Under the pieces are notes generated by a model. That model was not told where the DNA came from, searched no databases, and was given only the letters and a program-made list of their open reading frames with translations. The translations under genes and the position numbers were made by a program. A stretch of 64,000 nucleotides of DNA from Vicugna vicugna (taxonomy: Eukaryota): the NCBI GenBank assembly GCA_013265495.1, contig MU058337.1:1046777-1110776 (forward strand), in the 5' to 3' direction. Every line of letters starts with the position of its first letter. The first letter of the stretch is position 1. Positions 50,701-64,000 of the stretch are shown here, one piece after another.

Positions 50701-53700
50701 CAGGCCTTCCTGTTCAAAGCATCCCCGTTATTTTGCTGTTTAGTGTGTAGGTCTCCATGCTTTAGAACCGTGCTGCCCGGGACATGAGATTCTCTGTAAA
50801 TATTTGTAATTCATTTTCTTTCTATCGTGTGGAGGGGAGTTCAAAAGGTTTTATGACTGATGTCAACTTGGCAAAGAACTAGTCAAATGCCCACCTGTGA
50901 GGGTGAGCAATAAAGATTTCTGCTTATCTCTCCTACGGCATTCTTGGAGCCATAGAATTCTTAAAGCTCATAGTACTTATCAAAATGTATGTTCTGAGCA
51001 GGATTTATTATTAAGGAATATTATTCTGTCTTTGGTCACCTCACAGTTTATTAATAACCAGGATATAAGGCAAGAGTAAAATACATGCTGTTCATTCCAA
51101 GGCGTTTACTGGCAAGACTAAAACAGGCACAGCTTATTCAAGACCCGCCCAGTCATCTGTGTCTGTGTTTGTATCTGTAACCCAGGTCGGGGCAGGTCCT
51201 CTTCAGGACGGTGATATATGTGCTGATAAATTACCTGATGCGTCGACTCTCAAAACCAGGCTTCCCTGATTGGAAGTGACTGTTTTTTTCTGAGCTTGCC
51301 ATAATCTGGAGTAAATGATTTCCTCGATTCAGTTGTCCTTTGAACACACGCTCAGCTCTGATTTCACAAGGAAGCCTGGCCGGCGAGCGCCTCCTCTGAA
51401 TGGGCTGCAGCTTTTGTTCCTCTTTATCATCTGCAGGCAGGCACCAAGGGCCCCTCGACCAAAGGGGGTCCTTGGGGAGGAGGTTTTCGCTGTGATAACA
51501 TAACCCTTCGATCGGCACCTCAGACTGTTCAGCGAAGCACAGCGCTTTCCTTTCTCAGTGCTTTTTCCACTGTCTGCAGCCATGTTGCTCCACCACACAC
51601 TGACAGAGCGGTTTCACGAGATTCATCTAAAGTCAGCGAATTTTAAGGAATGCTTAACATAACGCTTGGCAGAACAAGATAATCAAAGATGCGAGGGGAA
51701 ATGTTTCGATTATCGAATTTCAAAAGCAAAGCGTATGATTGAAGGTTCCAAAGCAGCCGTCCCAGTAACTTCCAAAACTACCAGTTTTAACATTCCCATG
51801 AAAAAAAATGCCATGATAAAGTTAACAGAAATGCCTCACTTTCAAATTTCTAAAGTGAAGGAGAAAAATGTGGTCTGATTGTGGGTAAAGGATTCCTTTT
51901 CAGACACATCAGCTGAAATTCAAGTTCAGCTGGGGGGTTCTGGAGAGGGCACTGGAAAGGACTGTGATCCCTGGAGAGGAAAAACTCTTATTAAGTACCA
52001 AGTGTTATTATCTTGACAGTTGGAGATGTTCTTAACTGTAATCATTTAAAAGAATGCTTTCACAACCAAAACATTTTAAAATTAACCTTTTGGAGAATTG
52101 CAAAGTACTGGGATGGAGAACAACTTAGGAGAGCTTTCAGAAGCTCTACATTCTAACAAGAAGGAGGTTCATGAAGATTATGTGTCCAAAGTAGGAACAG
52201 AATATGAGTTCTACCATCCTCAAAGCGCAGCTTGGGAAACAGACATTCCAGGGAGTGGAGCCTGTGGCTTGTCTTCTCCAGGGTTGGTGGGACTTTTGCT
52301 CTTACCTACGTGTGCACTACCTGTAGGGGCCGTAACAGGATGGGGGAAAGAGGGTAAGTTCTTTTAGAGCAGACCCAACCTGGTTGAGAAACTTCAGAAT
52401 TTTTTTTTTGAGTTAGTAGCCAGTAGTAATAAACATACCTTATCAAATTATATACAGTTAATTTTGTCACCTGATATGAGCCAGATGACAGAGAGAAATA
52501 AGAACTCTTTATTGAGCTTGAGAAGAGCTGGATCAGTCTCCAGGTCTCCCACAGCTAGCTGTGAGCTCTGAGTCAAATTACCGAACCTCACCAGACTGTC
52601 TGCTGTCCTGAGAGGGCATCGGGCAAGATGGTCAGAGATGACTGAGTCACGTCTGAAGACTCCATGTTTAAAAGTCAACGTATCTAAGATTTAGCTCAAT
52701 ATCTCTCTGCTCTTAGCATCCTTTCCAATGTGTCAAACCCTGTGGACAAGAGTCCCACCACAATGCAAGTGGAATGCCGGGAAGAGGATGTATTAATATA
52801 TTTTCTAGAAAGCATGGCTATGTCAGTATTCTCAAAGCTGCAACCTGAATATGAAAACGTTGGGTATGGACAAGAAAACAAAAACTTAAAGAAAAACGTG
52901 ATCAACATGGACAGCACCAGGGGCGGAGGTCCCTCCCGGTGCCAGGCATGGGCCTGGGGGCTGGTATAGAATAATAAACCCGACCCAGCCTCCATGCTCA
53001 GTGCAGCTAGAAAGGCAGTAAAAAGAATTCACTGCGATCAATGTGATGACAAAGGTTTCCCCCTGGCATTTCTGTGTGTTTTCATGCCCACAAAACACAG
53101 CTTTACCATTGCTGAGCTGAAAGTCCACACTGACTCTCACTGACACAGGGTCACACGCTTCAGTGACAGCCTTCTGTTCAAACATGTTTTATGTGCCTTG
53201 GTGGTTCTTGCTTCTAGGCCTGTGTCTGGAACCCTCCTCCCTCGGCCAGGGCCCCAGTTCACCCAGCTGAACTCCATGCATTCCACAGGGAGGCTTCCGG
53301 GGGCGCCCTCGAAGCAGCGGGCCTTGGCCTCCTCCTGGCTCACTGCTTTGCTGTCACCCTCCAGGTCGCCCCCTTGGGCAGCAGCAGCACCGAGGACCTG
53401 TGAGAATGCACGTCCTCTGCCTCTGACCCCACCCCAGCCCACCGAGTCAGCAGCTCTGAGAGCCGGAGCCGGCGCTGGGGGGTTAGCCAGCTCTCCAGCG
53501 AAGGGGTCCTGTAAGGACCACGGCTCCGCCGTGCCTGCTGGGTCACGGGCCTGCCCCGGAGGCCGGAAGGCCCGTGTGGGCAGCACCACACCTCCCGTCG
53601 CCCTCCTGTCTGGAGCTACTGGGTGGTCAACGTTGTTTTGAATGGACAAGAAAATGCATGAAATGACTTCCTGAAAGACATTTCTTCTTCCACTAAATTC

Positions 53701-53877
53701 CTTTTCAACCATCTAAATACCATATACACACTCTAAAATACCATATAAATAGGTAGGTTATAAAGCTTAAATAAAGGATCCATTTCGTTACAGACAACAG
53801 ATTAATCTTTAAAGCCCTCATCATGTTCTTACTTTCTTAATAATTCCCAGAGGCTTCCAGCTGCTGATGTGGTCAGA

Positions 53878-54093
53878 TTGGTGGTTCTCCTCTGAGATGA
53901 TCTTGCCCCCCAAGGGACATGTGGCAATGTCTGGAAACATTTTTGGTTTTGACGACTTGGGTGGGGTGCTTCTTGCATCTAGCGAGTAGACCCCTGGGAT
54001 GCTGTTAAACATGCTGCGACGTCCAGGACAGCCCCCGACTTCAAAGAATTATCGGACCCCAAATGTCGAGCACGCCAAGGTGGAGAACCCCTC
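53878..54093 (+). mobile_element. MER20 (hAT-Charlie), near full length
   Basis: gtggttctc...ttgcccccaagggacatgtggcaatgtctggaaacatttttgg...gggatgctgttaaacat...aaagaattatcggaccccaaatgtc...ggtggagaaccc. Confidence 0.9.
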
Positions 54094-54780
54094 GCCTAAA
54101 CGCGTGGTTCGTAAATAACTAGTGATAAGTTTGGAGGGTAAATTTCTAAGAAGTTGGGGATCAGCCATTGACAGTCCTGGAGTGTCTCTTCACACAGCAC
54201 CCCTTAACCCAGTCGTCCTCAAACATTTCCCTCCTGAAAACGTTCTTTGCTGTTTTCCTCTTCAGAGCCATGTGCTTTAAAAGCAATCTTCCAAAGATAG
54301 AAAAGTTCAAAGCTAATGCAGGGGAACCAGCACCACCAGGCGATTATTCGGTGCCCTTGCGTTCAGCCTCCTGCCAAAAGTCTTCGAGTCTCAGAAGGAA
54401 GAACAGCAAGATGAAGAAGGAGAGGAAGACTGGCAGCGAGGCCCACCCAGGCCCACTCGTCTGGTTCAGAGCTGCTCCCATCGGGCAGTTATTTGGGGCT
54501 ATTTTGATGTGCTGTTTCCACGTTGTTAGAACTCCCTGACGTGTCCCTGAATGAGCTGCCCCACAGATGGACGAGTACCGAGCGGGCATCCCAGATGCAG
54601 TGGGCTGTGTCCCTGCGGAGATGCTGCATCCAATGCTCCTGAGAGGTCAACACAGTCTCCACAGAAAGGGCCCATTTCAGGCAAAATCAGAATTTTTCCT
54701 GCTGGCAAACCCTCAGTGATGCTACTGAGGAAAATCGAGGGAGTGCTGAAGTCTCAGCACAAAACTTTATCTAAAAGGCA

Positions 54781-55152
54781 CTATGAACTCAGCTGCAAAA
54801 CAGAAACAGACTCACAGACATAGTGAACAATCTTACAGTTACTAGGGGAAAGGGGGTGGGAAGGGATAAACTTGGGAGTTTGAGATTTACAAATATTAGC
54901 CACTATATATAAAAATGGATTTTAAAAAAGTTTCTTCTGTATAGCACAGGAAACTATGTTCAGTATCTTACAAAAATAACCTTTAATGAAAAAATATGAA
55001 AATGAATATATGTATGTATATGCATGACTGGGACACTGTGCTGCACACCAGAAATTGACACATGGTAACTGAATGTACTTCAATGAAAAAAAAAACCTAA
55101 ATAATTAAATAACCAAATAACCAACTAACTAAAAAATAAAGGACAAAAAATT
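54781..55152 (+). mobile_element. Lineage-specific L1 3' UTR with A-rich tail
   Basis: cagaaacagactcacagacatagtgaacaatctta...tgcatgactgggacactgtgctgcacaccagaaattgacac; TSD aaaggca at 54774 and 55153. Confidence 0.88.
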
Positions 55153-56499
55153 AAAGGCAACGCAAACCAAAAAAACCTATTGGAGGTGAATGACCTGTGT
55201 TAATGGCAACAACTAGTGAGCTGTGCGCTGGATGTGGCCCTGTGATGGGTTATTGTCATTTAAAGTGTGTTAGTCCTTTGGTCTGAAAACTGGTAATGTA
55301 GCTAGAATGACCTCTTCCAGTTTCGTGACTTTCTGAAAGTCAGTGCTGGTGGTGATAATTTTAGATAGATAAAACCTTCATTGGTCTGAAGACTTTGGAC
55401 ATTATTCTTTCCTAAGAATTATTCACCCAGTACAGCCACAGTGTGTGATTTAGCTGCTGCTTCTATCAGGATTTTATCCCCCTTCTTTGACGGCGTACTA
55501 TTAAGTTTTATACTTAAACCCTTCTGTAATTCAAAAGCATGTAATGAATGTCTTAAAACCTAACCACAGTAAATAAAAATGTATTTGGAGTATTCTGATA
55601 TAAATTGTATCTATGAGAGAAGGAAATGTGTTGAAGACCTAGAAATACTGTTTCTAAGTCAAAGGGAAAGTGACACTTTCGAGACTAGACACTTAAAAAT
55701 TCCTTCTTTCAATATTCATTCATGCGCTTGGTTACTGTATATCTTACTTTCATGTTGTTTTTCTTCAGCAGAAAATAAATATTTAATAAATTTGATTGAC
55801 GTTGGGGCCGCCTGGACTATCATGCCAATAAATTTTGAAAAACCAGCTAACAGCAGAGTGCCGAGAAATGCAATGTCACTCCATCACTGCAGAAATAAAA
55901 ATACAGTTTCAATTTTTCATGACGTTTAACCATCCTCTTCTGAACTCCATGAATCTAAAATAGGTGGTTTGACAAAAGTGATTAAAGGGGGGACATTCTG
56001 AGTTATTTTGATATTTGAAATGAGAGCCTGTCTACCTCACTGTTCCTCATCCATCAAACTTCTTTTTTGTTTTTAACTTGAAGCGACCTTAAAGTTACTA
56101 AGACACAGTAACCTTGAAGATCAGTTCTAAAATGTTGATAGTCCTTGTTTGTTTCGGTGAGAGTTCCTTGCTGGGTAAAATGAGGTTTTATGTATGAGAG
56201 CCTCGATCAGAAGTGGTGCATCAGGCACCCTCATAACAGATCTTCATAACATGTCCCTGGTATATTTATGATATCCTGTCTTCTTTCAAGTTGCTATTGA
56301 AAAGGTATTTCGGTAACAATAACACTACTGAAACTATTTTGATTACCAAATTATTGACGTGGTGTCAGTTGTGTGCAAAATGCAATGTTAAGTGGTCCAA
56401 AGATGTAGGACATGCTTACGCCTGCACAGATACAGATCTTAACTTTCAAATAAGAGGTGGCTAGTATTTATCAAAGACCTGGATTTTCCTCATCTTCCA

Positions 56500-56688
56500 C
56501 AGCGCTTCTCAAACTGTGATCTCCAGATTTGCAGCAGCAGCCTCACCCAGGATCTGCTTAGAAATGCAAATTCTTGGGCTCACCCCAGACCTACTGAGTC
56601 AGAAGTTTGTGGTGGGGTCCAGCAGTCTGTGCTTTAGTAACCCTTGCAGGGGATTTTGGTGCACACTGAAGTCTGAGAACCTCAGTTC
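56500..56688. mobile_element. MER5A (hAT-Charlie)
   Basis: cagcgcttctcaaactgtg...ttagaaatgcaaattcttgggctcaccccagacctactgagtcagaa...aagtctgagaacc. Confidence 0.88.
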
Positions 56689-56693
56689 TGCAG

Positions 56694-58010
56694 CAGTGGT
56701 TCTCAAATTAGGGCTGCAGGGTCCTGGGGGAGCCCTGGGCTACACGGTCAACTCCTTTTACAATAATACCAAGATGTCGTAAGCCCTTTATGCTGTCTGA
56801 ACATTTGCCCTCTTGGTATAAAAACAAGGATGAATGACACTGCTGATTCTTTAGCAACAATCAAGGCGGTGACACCAAACTATGTTTGTAGTCAATATAT
56901 TTTTTACCAGCATAAGCATGCAATTAACAAATGCTAGTTTCACTTACATATGTTGATTACACAGTAAAAAAATAATTTTACTAAAATTTGACCCTTGAGT
57001 AGGTATTTTTTTATTACTCAGTGTGATGAGATGGGAAGTACACAGGAAGCACTTTTGCTGCAAATCAAAGCAGGAAGGTCGTCTAAGGGAAAAGTACTCA
57101 TGAGACTCAGTTGTGAGCCAAACTAGCAGCTTTTTTCCTCATGGAACAATATTTTTCCTTGAAAGAACAACTGACAAACAATGGTGATTCAGACATGGGT
57201 ATCTGGCAGACATTTTCCCCAAAATGGGTAAAGTGAGGTCATCATCACAAGAAAAACAACTGACAGTGTCTGCTGCCAAGTGTTGAGCTGAGAGCGAAAA
57301 TCAGAACTCTGGACATCTGGCCTTGGCCCTTGTGGCTTCATAGTTTCCCAGCACTCAGAGAGTTTTCTGATTAGATCAGCGATGATAATGACAAATATGA
57401 TTTTTAAAATATCAATAAGAATATGCGTTAACTGTATAATTTAGCAAGTTCTGCACCAGTAAAAAATTCAACCAAAGCTCAAGCTAGTCCAAAGGCTTTC
57501 AAAGTAAGAGCACGTGGCGAGTTTAATGGTATGATTTCAGGTTCTATGTTTCCCCTCACCTTTCCAGAACAATCTACGTTGAGTTGGTTTTTTTTTTGAA
57601 GTGTCAAAGAAGCATATCCAAAACAACCTGAAAAGGCTAATATGGCCCTTCTCTCATCTTAAATCTCATCTCTGTGTGAGGCCAGATTTTTTTCCCTATA
57701 TATTAACCAAAGCCATGAATCACAATACACTGAATGCAAAAGCAGATGAGAATCCAGCTGTCTTCTGATAAGCCAGACATTGAAAAGATTTGCAAAATGC
57801 AAAGCAATGTCACGCTGCTCACTTTTTTGTGGAAAATATGGTTAATTTTCATACATACATGTTGTTTATCTTAACACGTGATGATTTTATTATGGTTATT
57901 TTCAAAAGACTTAATAAATAAACACAGTAATAATTCCTCCTTTTTAAAGTCTCATGTTTTAAATACCCATCGTTATAATCCACATACATAAAAGTTCCTC
58001 AGCCTCCCCA
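56694..58010 (+). mobile_element. Charlie1a-like hAT transposon with decayed transposase
   Basis: cagtggttctcaaa terminus; aatcaaggcggtgacaccaaact, gacccttgagta, gtgtgatgagatgggaagtacacaggaagcacttttgctgca, tctgtgtgaggccagattttt. Confidence 0.85.
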
Positions 58011-59115
58011 GTAAGTTTCACCTTCTTGAGTCATGCTACGCAAGCAACTGGCACCTTGCAATGGCTCATCACAAAGCAGTCAGCTGACTTTTGAACTCTT
58101 ACAGACATATTTTCTAAACAATAAACATTTCTGAAAAAAATTATCACGTGAATATTATATTTCTTTCTTTGAAAGATGCCATTTGAAATTCTGAAAACTG
58201 AGACCTTCACACCGGCTTGATTTGCCAGTTTCTGTAGAAAAAGCTTCTGGGAAAGATAGCTGTCGCAGAATGAAGAGTAATTACGTAAGACTTCATGTTT
58301 ACAATGGACGATTGCTGTTTTGTCATTTAGACACGCAGCACTGCTCTTATACACAATACAATACATCAGAAGAGATTCAACAATCATTTCTTAACTGGTA
58401 TTAGTCTGACTGACAATAGACTGCAGGGGGCAAGCATTAGAAAAAAATCCCAAGAATGGATGTTGTCAGTTTCACATTCTTTTAAACAAATAAAATACAC
58501 AAATATTTAGTATGAATCAGATGCAAAAAATCCCAAATGCCAAGCAAGTGTTCTTTCATTAGCCATTATAACCAGGTGGCAGACAGACAGTATTATTTCA
58601 CTGTTCAAGTTGGGGAAACAAACGAAAAGAGACCTTCAGATACGGAGCTAATGACAGACCAGTAATGATGGTCACGTGGTCCTTACATGGCAACTTCTAC
58701 TCTGAGAGCCCTTTACACAATTTCAGCAGGATGGTTCTGCCTTTTAAATCCTCATTATCAATACTTATTTTTGTAAACTTCCAAAGGGATCAACTTCCTG
58801 TGCTTCCCAAAGATTTGTCCCCAAAAGGCTCAAAAAGACATGGGACTCAGAGGAACCAGAAGTTTACTTGCTTTTAGTTTGATATCATTCTTTGAAATCT
58901 TAAAAATAAAATTCTTCACTGATACCTTATTCTATTTTTAAGAAAAATGGAATGTTCAGTTCTTCATTTTCCCCTTAATTATTAACTTTTGGTAGAAGGT
59001 GAGGCTGGCGGTGGCACAACGTCCTCTGGCACTTCAGGACCTCATCATGTATGTTGTATCAGCTGATGAATAAATGGTGGAGAGAGGTGACAACATTTAT
59101 GTGGGAAGCTAAGCC

Positions 59116-59228
59116 TTTTTTCTGAATTGAAGTAGAGTTGATTTACAATGTTGTGTTAGTTTCTTGTGTACAGCAAAGCGATTCAGATTTATATACACAT
59201 ATATATTCTTTTCCGTATTCTTTTTCAT
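59116..59228 (-). mobile_element. Short L1 3' end
   Basis: ttgaagtagagttgatttacaatgttgtgttagtttcttgtgtacagcaaagcgattcag; TSD ggaagctaag / ggatgctaag. Confidence 0.8.
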
Positions 59229-61289
59229 GGATGCTAAGTTTTTTGAAACAGTTTCCAGGACTGACTGTGACATTCATATTTGTGCATAACTCAGCGCCGG
59301 TATCAGTAATACGTTTGCAGTAACGCTAAGGAGGAATAAAAGCCAGGAAAGAGACTGGGCAAAAGAAAGAACCCATTTGACTGGCTGCCCAAGTCTCTAC
59401 ACCAAAGTCAAATATCAACAGGAGGATTTTGTTACAAAACCAAAAGGCATCCACCTCACGGGAGAAGGCTCCTGTAAGCAGGACAGAAGGCACATGCAGC
59501 AAGAAAAGCTTGCTTCTGTGTATAATTTACTTAATTTAGGAGCTGACACAGGCCCTGGGGGAGGCCCTAAAGATCTGCCATTTAAAACAGAAAGATGGAA
59601 GAGGTACATGCTGGCACTAAGAATTCCGTCAAGGCTCTGAATGCTGGAATGTGGCAGAAACCTCCCATGAAGACCCTGTGATCTCTGATGTCCTGAAACA
59701 CAGGTGGGTCCTGATTTTCAGCTTTGCCAGACTTTCACGAACGTTAGAAGCAGCCTGGTGTCTGCTGGGTGTCCAGGTGGTGTGAGCAGGTCACAGCCTC
59801 CGTGAACTCACTTAGATCTTAGACAAGAGGAACAGGTCCCCCAGGCACTGAGTCCCAGGGCCCCTGGCTTCTTTTGCCTCGATCCTGGTGCAAACAGGAG
59901 GATGAACATGTCTCAGAGTGGCCACTCAGAACTTCAAAACGGGTAAGAAAGCTTTCTGAATATTCCTCTGCAATACCCACACTCCAGGGAAGAGGGCCTG
60001 GGCTGTATTCTAATGCATCCAGTTAGCTGGCGTCTCAGTTCCAGTGCTGGTTAAGTCCTTAACACATGTGAATGAGGATGGGAGCATCTGCTATTAAAAG
60101 AAGGCTTCCTTTAATTAGAAATTTTCATACTCGAGTTTCCCAGTTTATGAAACTTTGTGATGAATGTAGCTTCCTTTAGATAATTGCTTGGGATGAGTGA
60201 ATACCCCAATATTTATTTTGCAAGGATGTCAGTGAATTATGAATGGAAGCAAAGAGTTCCATTGGGCAAGCACTCTAATTAATAAAGCCAGTTTCCTGTG
60301 GTTTCGCATGTATGAGAGGTACCCGGGCTCGGTGGCAGTGTAATTAATGCACATAACAGATGTCAGAGGTATTCCTGAGAAAAGAACAGGCACAGGGGAG
60401 GGGAGCTGACCTGATGCTGGAACAACCTCTTTTGATCTTTGATTGTCTCTTCTCCCTTTTCCACCATAAAGACCCAGATCACATCAATATATTTGCATAA
60501 AACCACCTCTCTCCTTGCCACCCCCACCCCCGCCCCGGGGTCTGAGAGCTTAATCTTTAGCATTTACTGACAATGGCTTAACAGATGGTCTTTCCAGGGT
60601 ATTTTCTTGGGAGGTAAATATTCTTAGACTACAAACGGGACCAGTCTAGGGCTCCTATGTACACGCTGCATACCAATTGATAAAATTCTCAAACATCTCT
60701 GTATCTTTGCTCAGAAGCCCAATGTCATTCCCTGAGATCATGGAATTTCATCACTAAGCAGTTACTAAAGGATGAATGTCCACAAAGAGTTTTTAGGTTC
60801 AGCTTCAGATATCAGACTGGCCGCTGTTTTTATCGGAAATTTCTTTGCCCTCCTGGTTGGTAAATATTTGTAATATGACTTCTGCGTGCCTCAGTCCATC
60901 CTCAAAACTTAAATGCTTGAATTTTAGCCACAACAATACAGAGTTGAATGTTATTTGTGAGCTGCAGGAATGCCATGGCACCCTTCCACCTCTGTGTAGG
61001 CATCCGTCTACCTGGGAAGTCTTGGGAGTCGGGGGAGGTAGGGCGCCACTGTAACCTTGAAGAAAATTCAGCTCTGGTGCAGTGGGAATGTGAAGCTATA
61101 CTAAGTTCCCTGCAGGTTTAGTGTTCTGTGTAATAAGTCACATGCGCAGGACCCTGTTCCTCGTGCTTTGGTAAGTGCATATTTATGTTACTTTCATCCT
61201 CACAACACTCAAGAGTTACGGTATTATAACACCCGATTCTATAGCTGAGCACAATAGTTTTGCCCCTCTTCAATGGAATGTGGGATGTC

Positions 61290-61911
61290 ACCCCTATTCT
61301 AAGAAGGCTTCAAGATTCCTGCCCTCTCCTGGACACACACCATACAATCTGACTCCTTTGAACATAACCAAAGCCAGTGAATATGATGAAATCTCACTTC
61401 CATAAATAGGTTACATTATATGGTAAAAGGGAAGAGACTTGCAGAGGTCATTAGATCCCTAATCCATTGACTTAATCAAAAGGAAGGTGATTCTCAGTGC
61501 ATCTGATGGAATCAGGTAAGCTCCTTCAAAGAAAATCTAGAGATCAGAGCCATACGAAGAAGTCAGAGAGACTCAAAGTCACAGCAAATGGTCTCTATTA
61601 GCCTTGAAGAAGGAAACTGCCATGGAGTGGGGAGGACCACATGGCAGAGAATGTCAGGCAGCCTCTAGGAGCTGAGGACCACAGTCCTACAACCACTGGA
61701 ACTGAACTCCGTCAACCAGTGAACTTGACTGAGGATCACAAGCCTCAGATGAGATCACAGGCTCAGGCAGTATCTCGACTCTCACCCTGCTAATAACTTG
61801 AGACAGGAACCCAAGTAACCTTGACTCACGGAAACTGGGAGAAAATAAATATGTGTTGTTTTAAGTGTTAAATTTGGAGTAATTTGTTACGCAGCAGTAG
61901 GTAGCTATTAT
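61290..61911 (+). mobile_element. MLT1 LTR (E-like subfamily)
   Basis: attctaagaaggcttcaagattcctgccc...taggttacattatatggtaaaag...gccttgaagaagg...aatttggagtaatttgttacgcagcagtag. Confidence 0.85.
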
Positions 61912-62750
61912 CCTAGACCTCAGAAGTATTCCACACAAGGGTTATATACAAATAGTAAGAGACAGTTAGTGAGAAATACATGAAGTAATCTTTAACCTGC
62001 CTAATAGCAGATAACCTATATTAGCCCATTGTTCAATACATACTGGGTGTTGGTTAGTTAATAGGCTAATGGATACCAACATTTAACCTATATGTTCATC
62101 AGCAGAAACTCAGGCTTAAAGTCAGTCTAGCAAATATTTGCTATCTACTGTATCAATCAGTAAACTAAATGATGCTGAAGTTTCCATATCAAAAGAAAAA
62201 GAAATGGAATAATTGTGTACCCCATAGAGTATTAAAGACTAGGTAACTATTTATTATAATTAAGTTAGTCAAAACTTATTTAAAATGTATCTCGAAGGGC
62301 AGAGTGAGTGAGAGTATCTTCATCTTTTTTTTATTGAAGTCAGTGAGTCTACACTGGGTTAAATTGATCCTTGCGTTGGACAACCGGAAAGTAGGTCAAA
62401 GATAACTAAGTCTTTCCATTTTGATTCAATATTGCTGTGTAACATCTACTTAGGATAATTCAAATGATTATTTTCTTTTAGGACTGCTGTAATGGACATA
62501 AATGGCATCGCCAATTATGGGAACCAGAACCATCAAAAGTTTTCTATAATACATTGAATCTGGCTCGAAGCCCTGTAATAGGATATCTACCCAATACTTG
62601 TCATCATGAGGGACCAGCAAGTAGAGACTGGAGCTTCAGCCTTCTTCAGGGACTGGGATATAGGGAGCTGGAAAGTCCAGTTGACCAAAGGGCATTTCCA
62701 TATCTCCAGGGATTGGGTAACTGGAAAGACATACTCAAGATGATAGTTGG

Positions 62751-62830
62751 GTTTTTTGGTTGCATTTAAAAACATAAAAATTTCAAATGGCTTTTTTGGT
62801 TGCATTTAAAAATGTAAAAATTTCAAATGA
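62751..62830 (+). repeat. 40-bp tandem duplication
   Basis: ttttttggttgcatttaaaaa(ca/tg)taaaaatttcaaatg occurs twice with period 40. Confidence 0.93.
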
Positions 62831-64000
62831 CATTAAAGAAGGATTTTCTATGTTTACCAGAAGGTAGAAACAGTTTGTAAAAAGTAAAGACATATGCACA
62901 CAAAAAAAAACTACAACATGAAACTGCCCTGGCATCCATGCTGGCAGTGACCTTATGACACTGGGGAATCCAAACCAATGGTACACAGTTTTTGCAAGTC
63001 CAAATCATATTTAAAAAATATTTTCACACCTGAAAGGATTCAAATAAATCAGCTCACTAACCAATGGCATTTATCTGTTTGTCACTGGGTAAATCCAGAA
63101 TGTACTCTGGGATATACCTTATAAACAGTTCACTTTGTACACTCCCCCTTCCAGAAATAATCAGCCTTTCTTCAACTTCTCTTCCTTGGAAATTACCATG
63201 TAAGAATTTCCACTGGAGAAGGCAATCCTTTCTCCTGGAGAAAAATACTATCTTTCTTCCCACCTGCGGAATCCCTCTTTCTCTCATTAAGATAAACATT
63301 CTCAAAGCCTGCCATGAAAAGAGAGATCCATAATTACATGTCTCCAAAATAATGGCTAGATAAAAATGACAGATTTGGCCATTCCATTCTGTTGTTTTGT
63401 CTACATGACACCAAACAGCCCTGTTGGCTAATGGTTTCCCTGAATTAATTGGTCACACCTGTTACAGGATGTCAGGCACACCCTAATTTTGTGGGCCCCA
63501 CGGCAGGCAGCACTGAGGGAAAGGGGTGGGGGGCTGGCCTCCTTTTAAGGTGGACTGGAAGTCCTTTGGAAGGTGGACTGTGAAGTCCTCTCTCCTCTCG
63601 CGCTGCTCAGTAACTGGTGACAGACTAGAATATCTCCTTCAACCTTAACTTAAAGTGCAGGGCACCACTTTAACACAGCGTGAGGTGAAACTAAAGACAA
63701 CCGGCCTTCATCCCAATCTGCCCCCTTTTCCAAATCTTCTCCACACCCCAAATCTGACTAAATTCCCAGCTCCTGCAGAACAATTTACCCCACATACATA
63801 TTTATCAATCTCTTTCTTCCTTCACATTTTTTTGTTCTATTTTTAAAATCGCTCTTTGGGCCGAAACTGAGATGCTGCCTCTGTAATTATTTAACAGTCT
63901 TATGTATATTATTTCTTCTCAATAATCTTCTTGAGTATACAAATCACGATTTATATTTAACTAGAATCTCTGTCCTCCCTACATATCTTGTCTAGCTTCA

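Noticed and set aside
53137..53712. 191-aa and 147-aa overlapping ORFs
   Set aside because: Low-complexity Ala/Gly/Pro/Arg translations expected from the GC content

Overview
Mammalian genomic DNA, not prokaryotic. It is probably camelid, judged tentatively from the 3' ends of the youngest L1 copies. The only supported protein-coding sequence is the terminal coding exon of NALF1/FAM155A, the NALCN channel auxiliary factor, on the + strand at 14027-14319. About 14 kb of intron precedes it. It is followed by a 3' UTR with a proximal poly(A)-signal cluster near 16.05-16.12 kb and possible distal signals at about 20.5 and 21.4 kb. The remaining ~43 kb is gene-poor and holds decayed transposons: MLT1/ERVL LTR and internal pieces, Tigger1, Charlie1, MER5A, MER20, MER58, L2, MIR, and old and lineage-specific L1. 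Apart from the NALF1 exon and two Tigger1 transposase fragments, the listed ORFs look spurious. The most notable observations are: (1) a compound direct-plus-inverted local duplication typical of template switching (22.65 kb copied to 23.56 kb); (2) a 37-nt tailless 5S rRNA retrocopy with a target-site duplication; (3) strongly AT-to-GC-skewed amino-acid changes and a one-codon insertion in the NALF1 exon, relative to the human protein as I recall it; (4) an in-frame upstream alternative splice acceptor; (5) an ERVL-type gag/protease fossil behind an MLT1 LTR; (6) a candidate L1 3' transduction; and (7) a strong CTCF motif just past the gene. I found no convincing novel multi-gene system. Repeat subfamily names and boundaries come from recall and reading by eye, so they are approximate.
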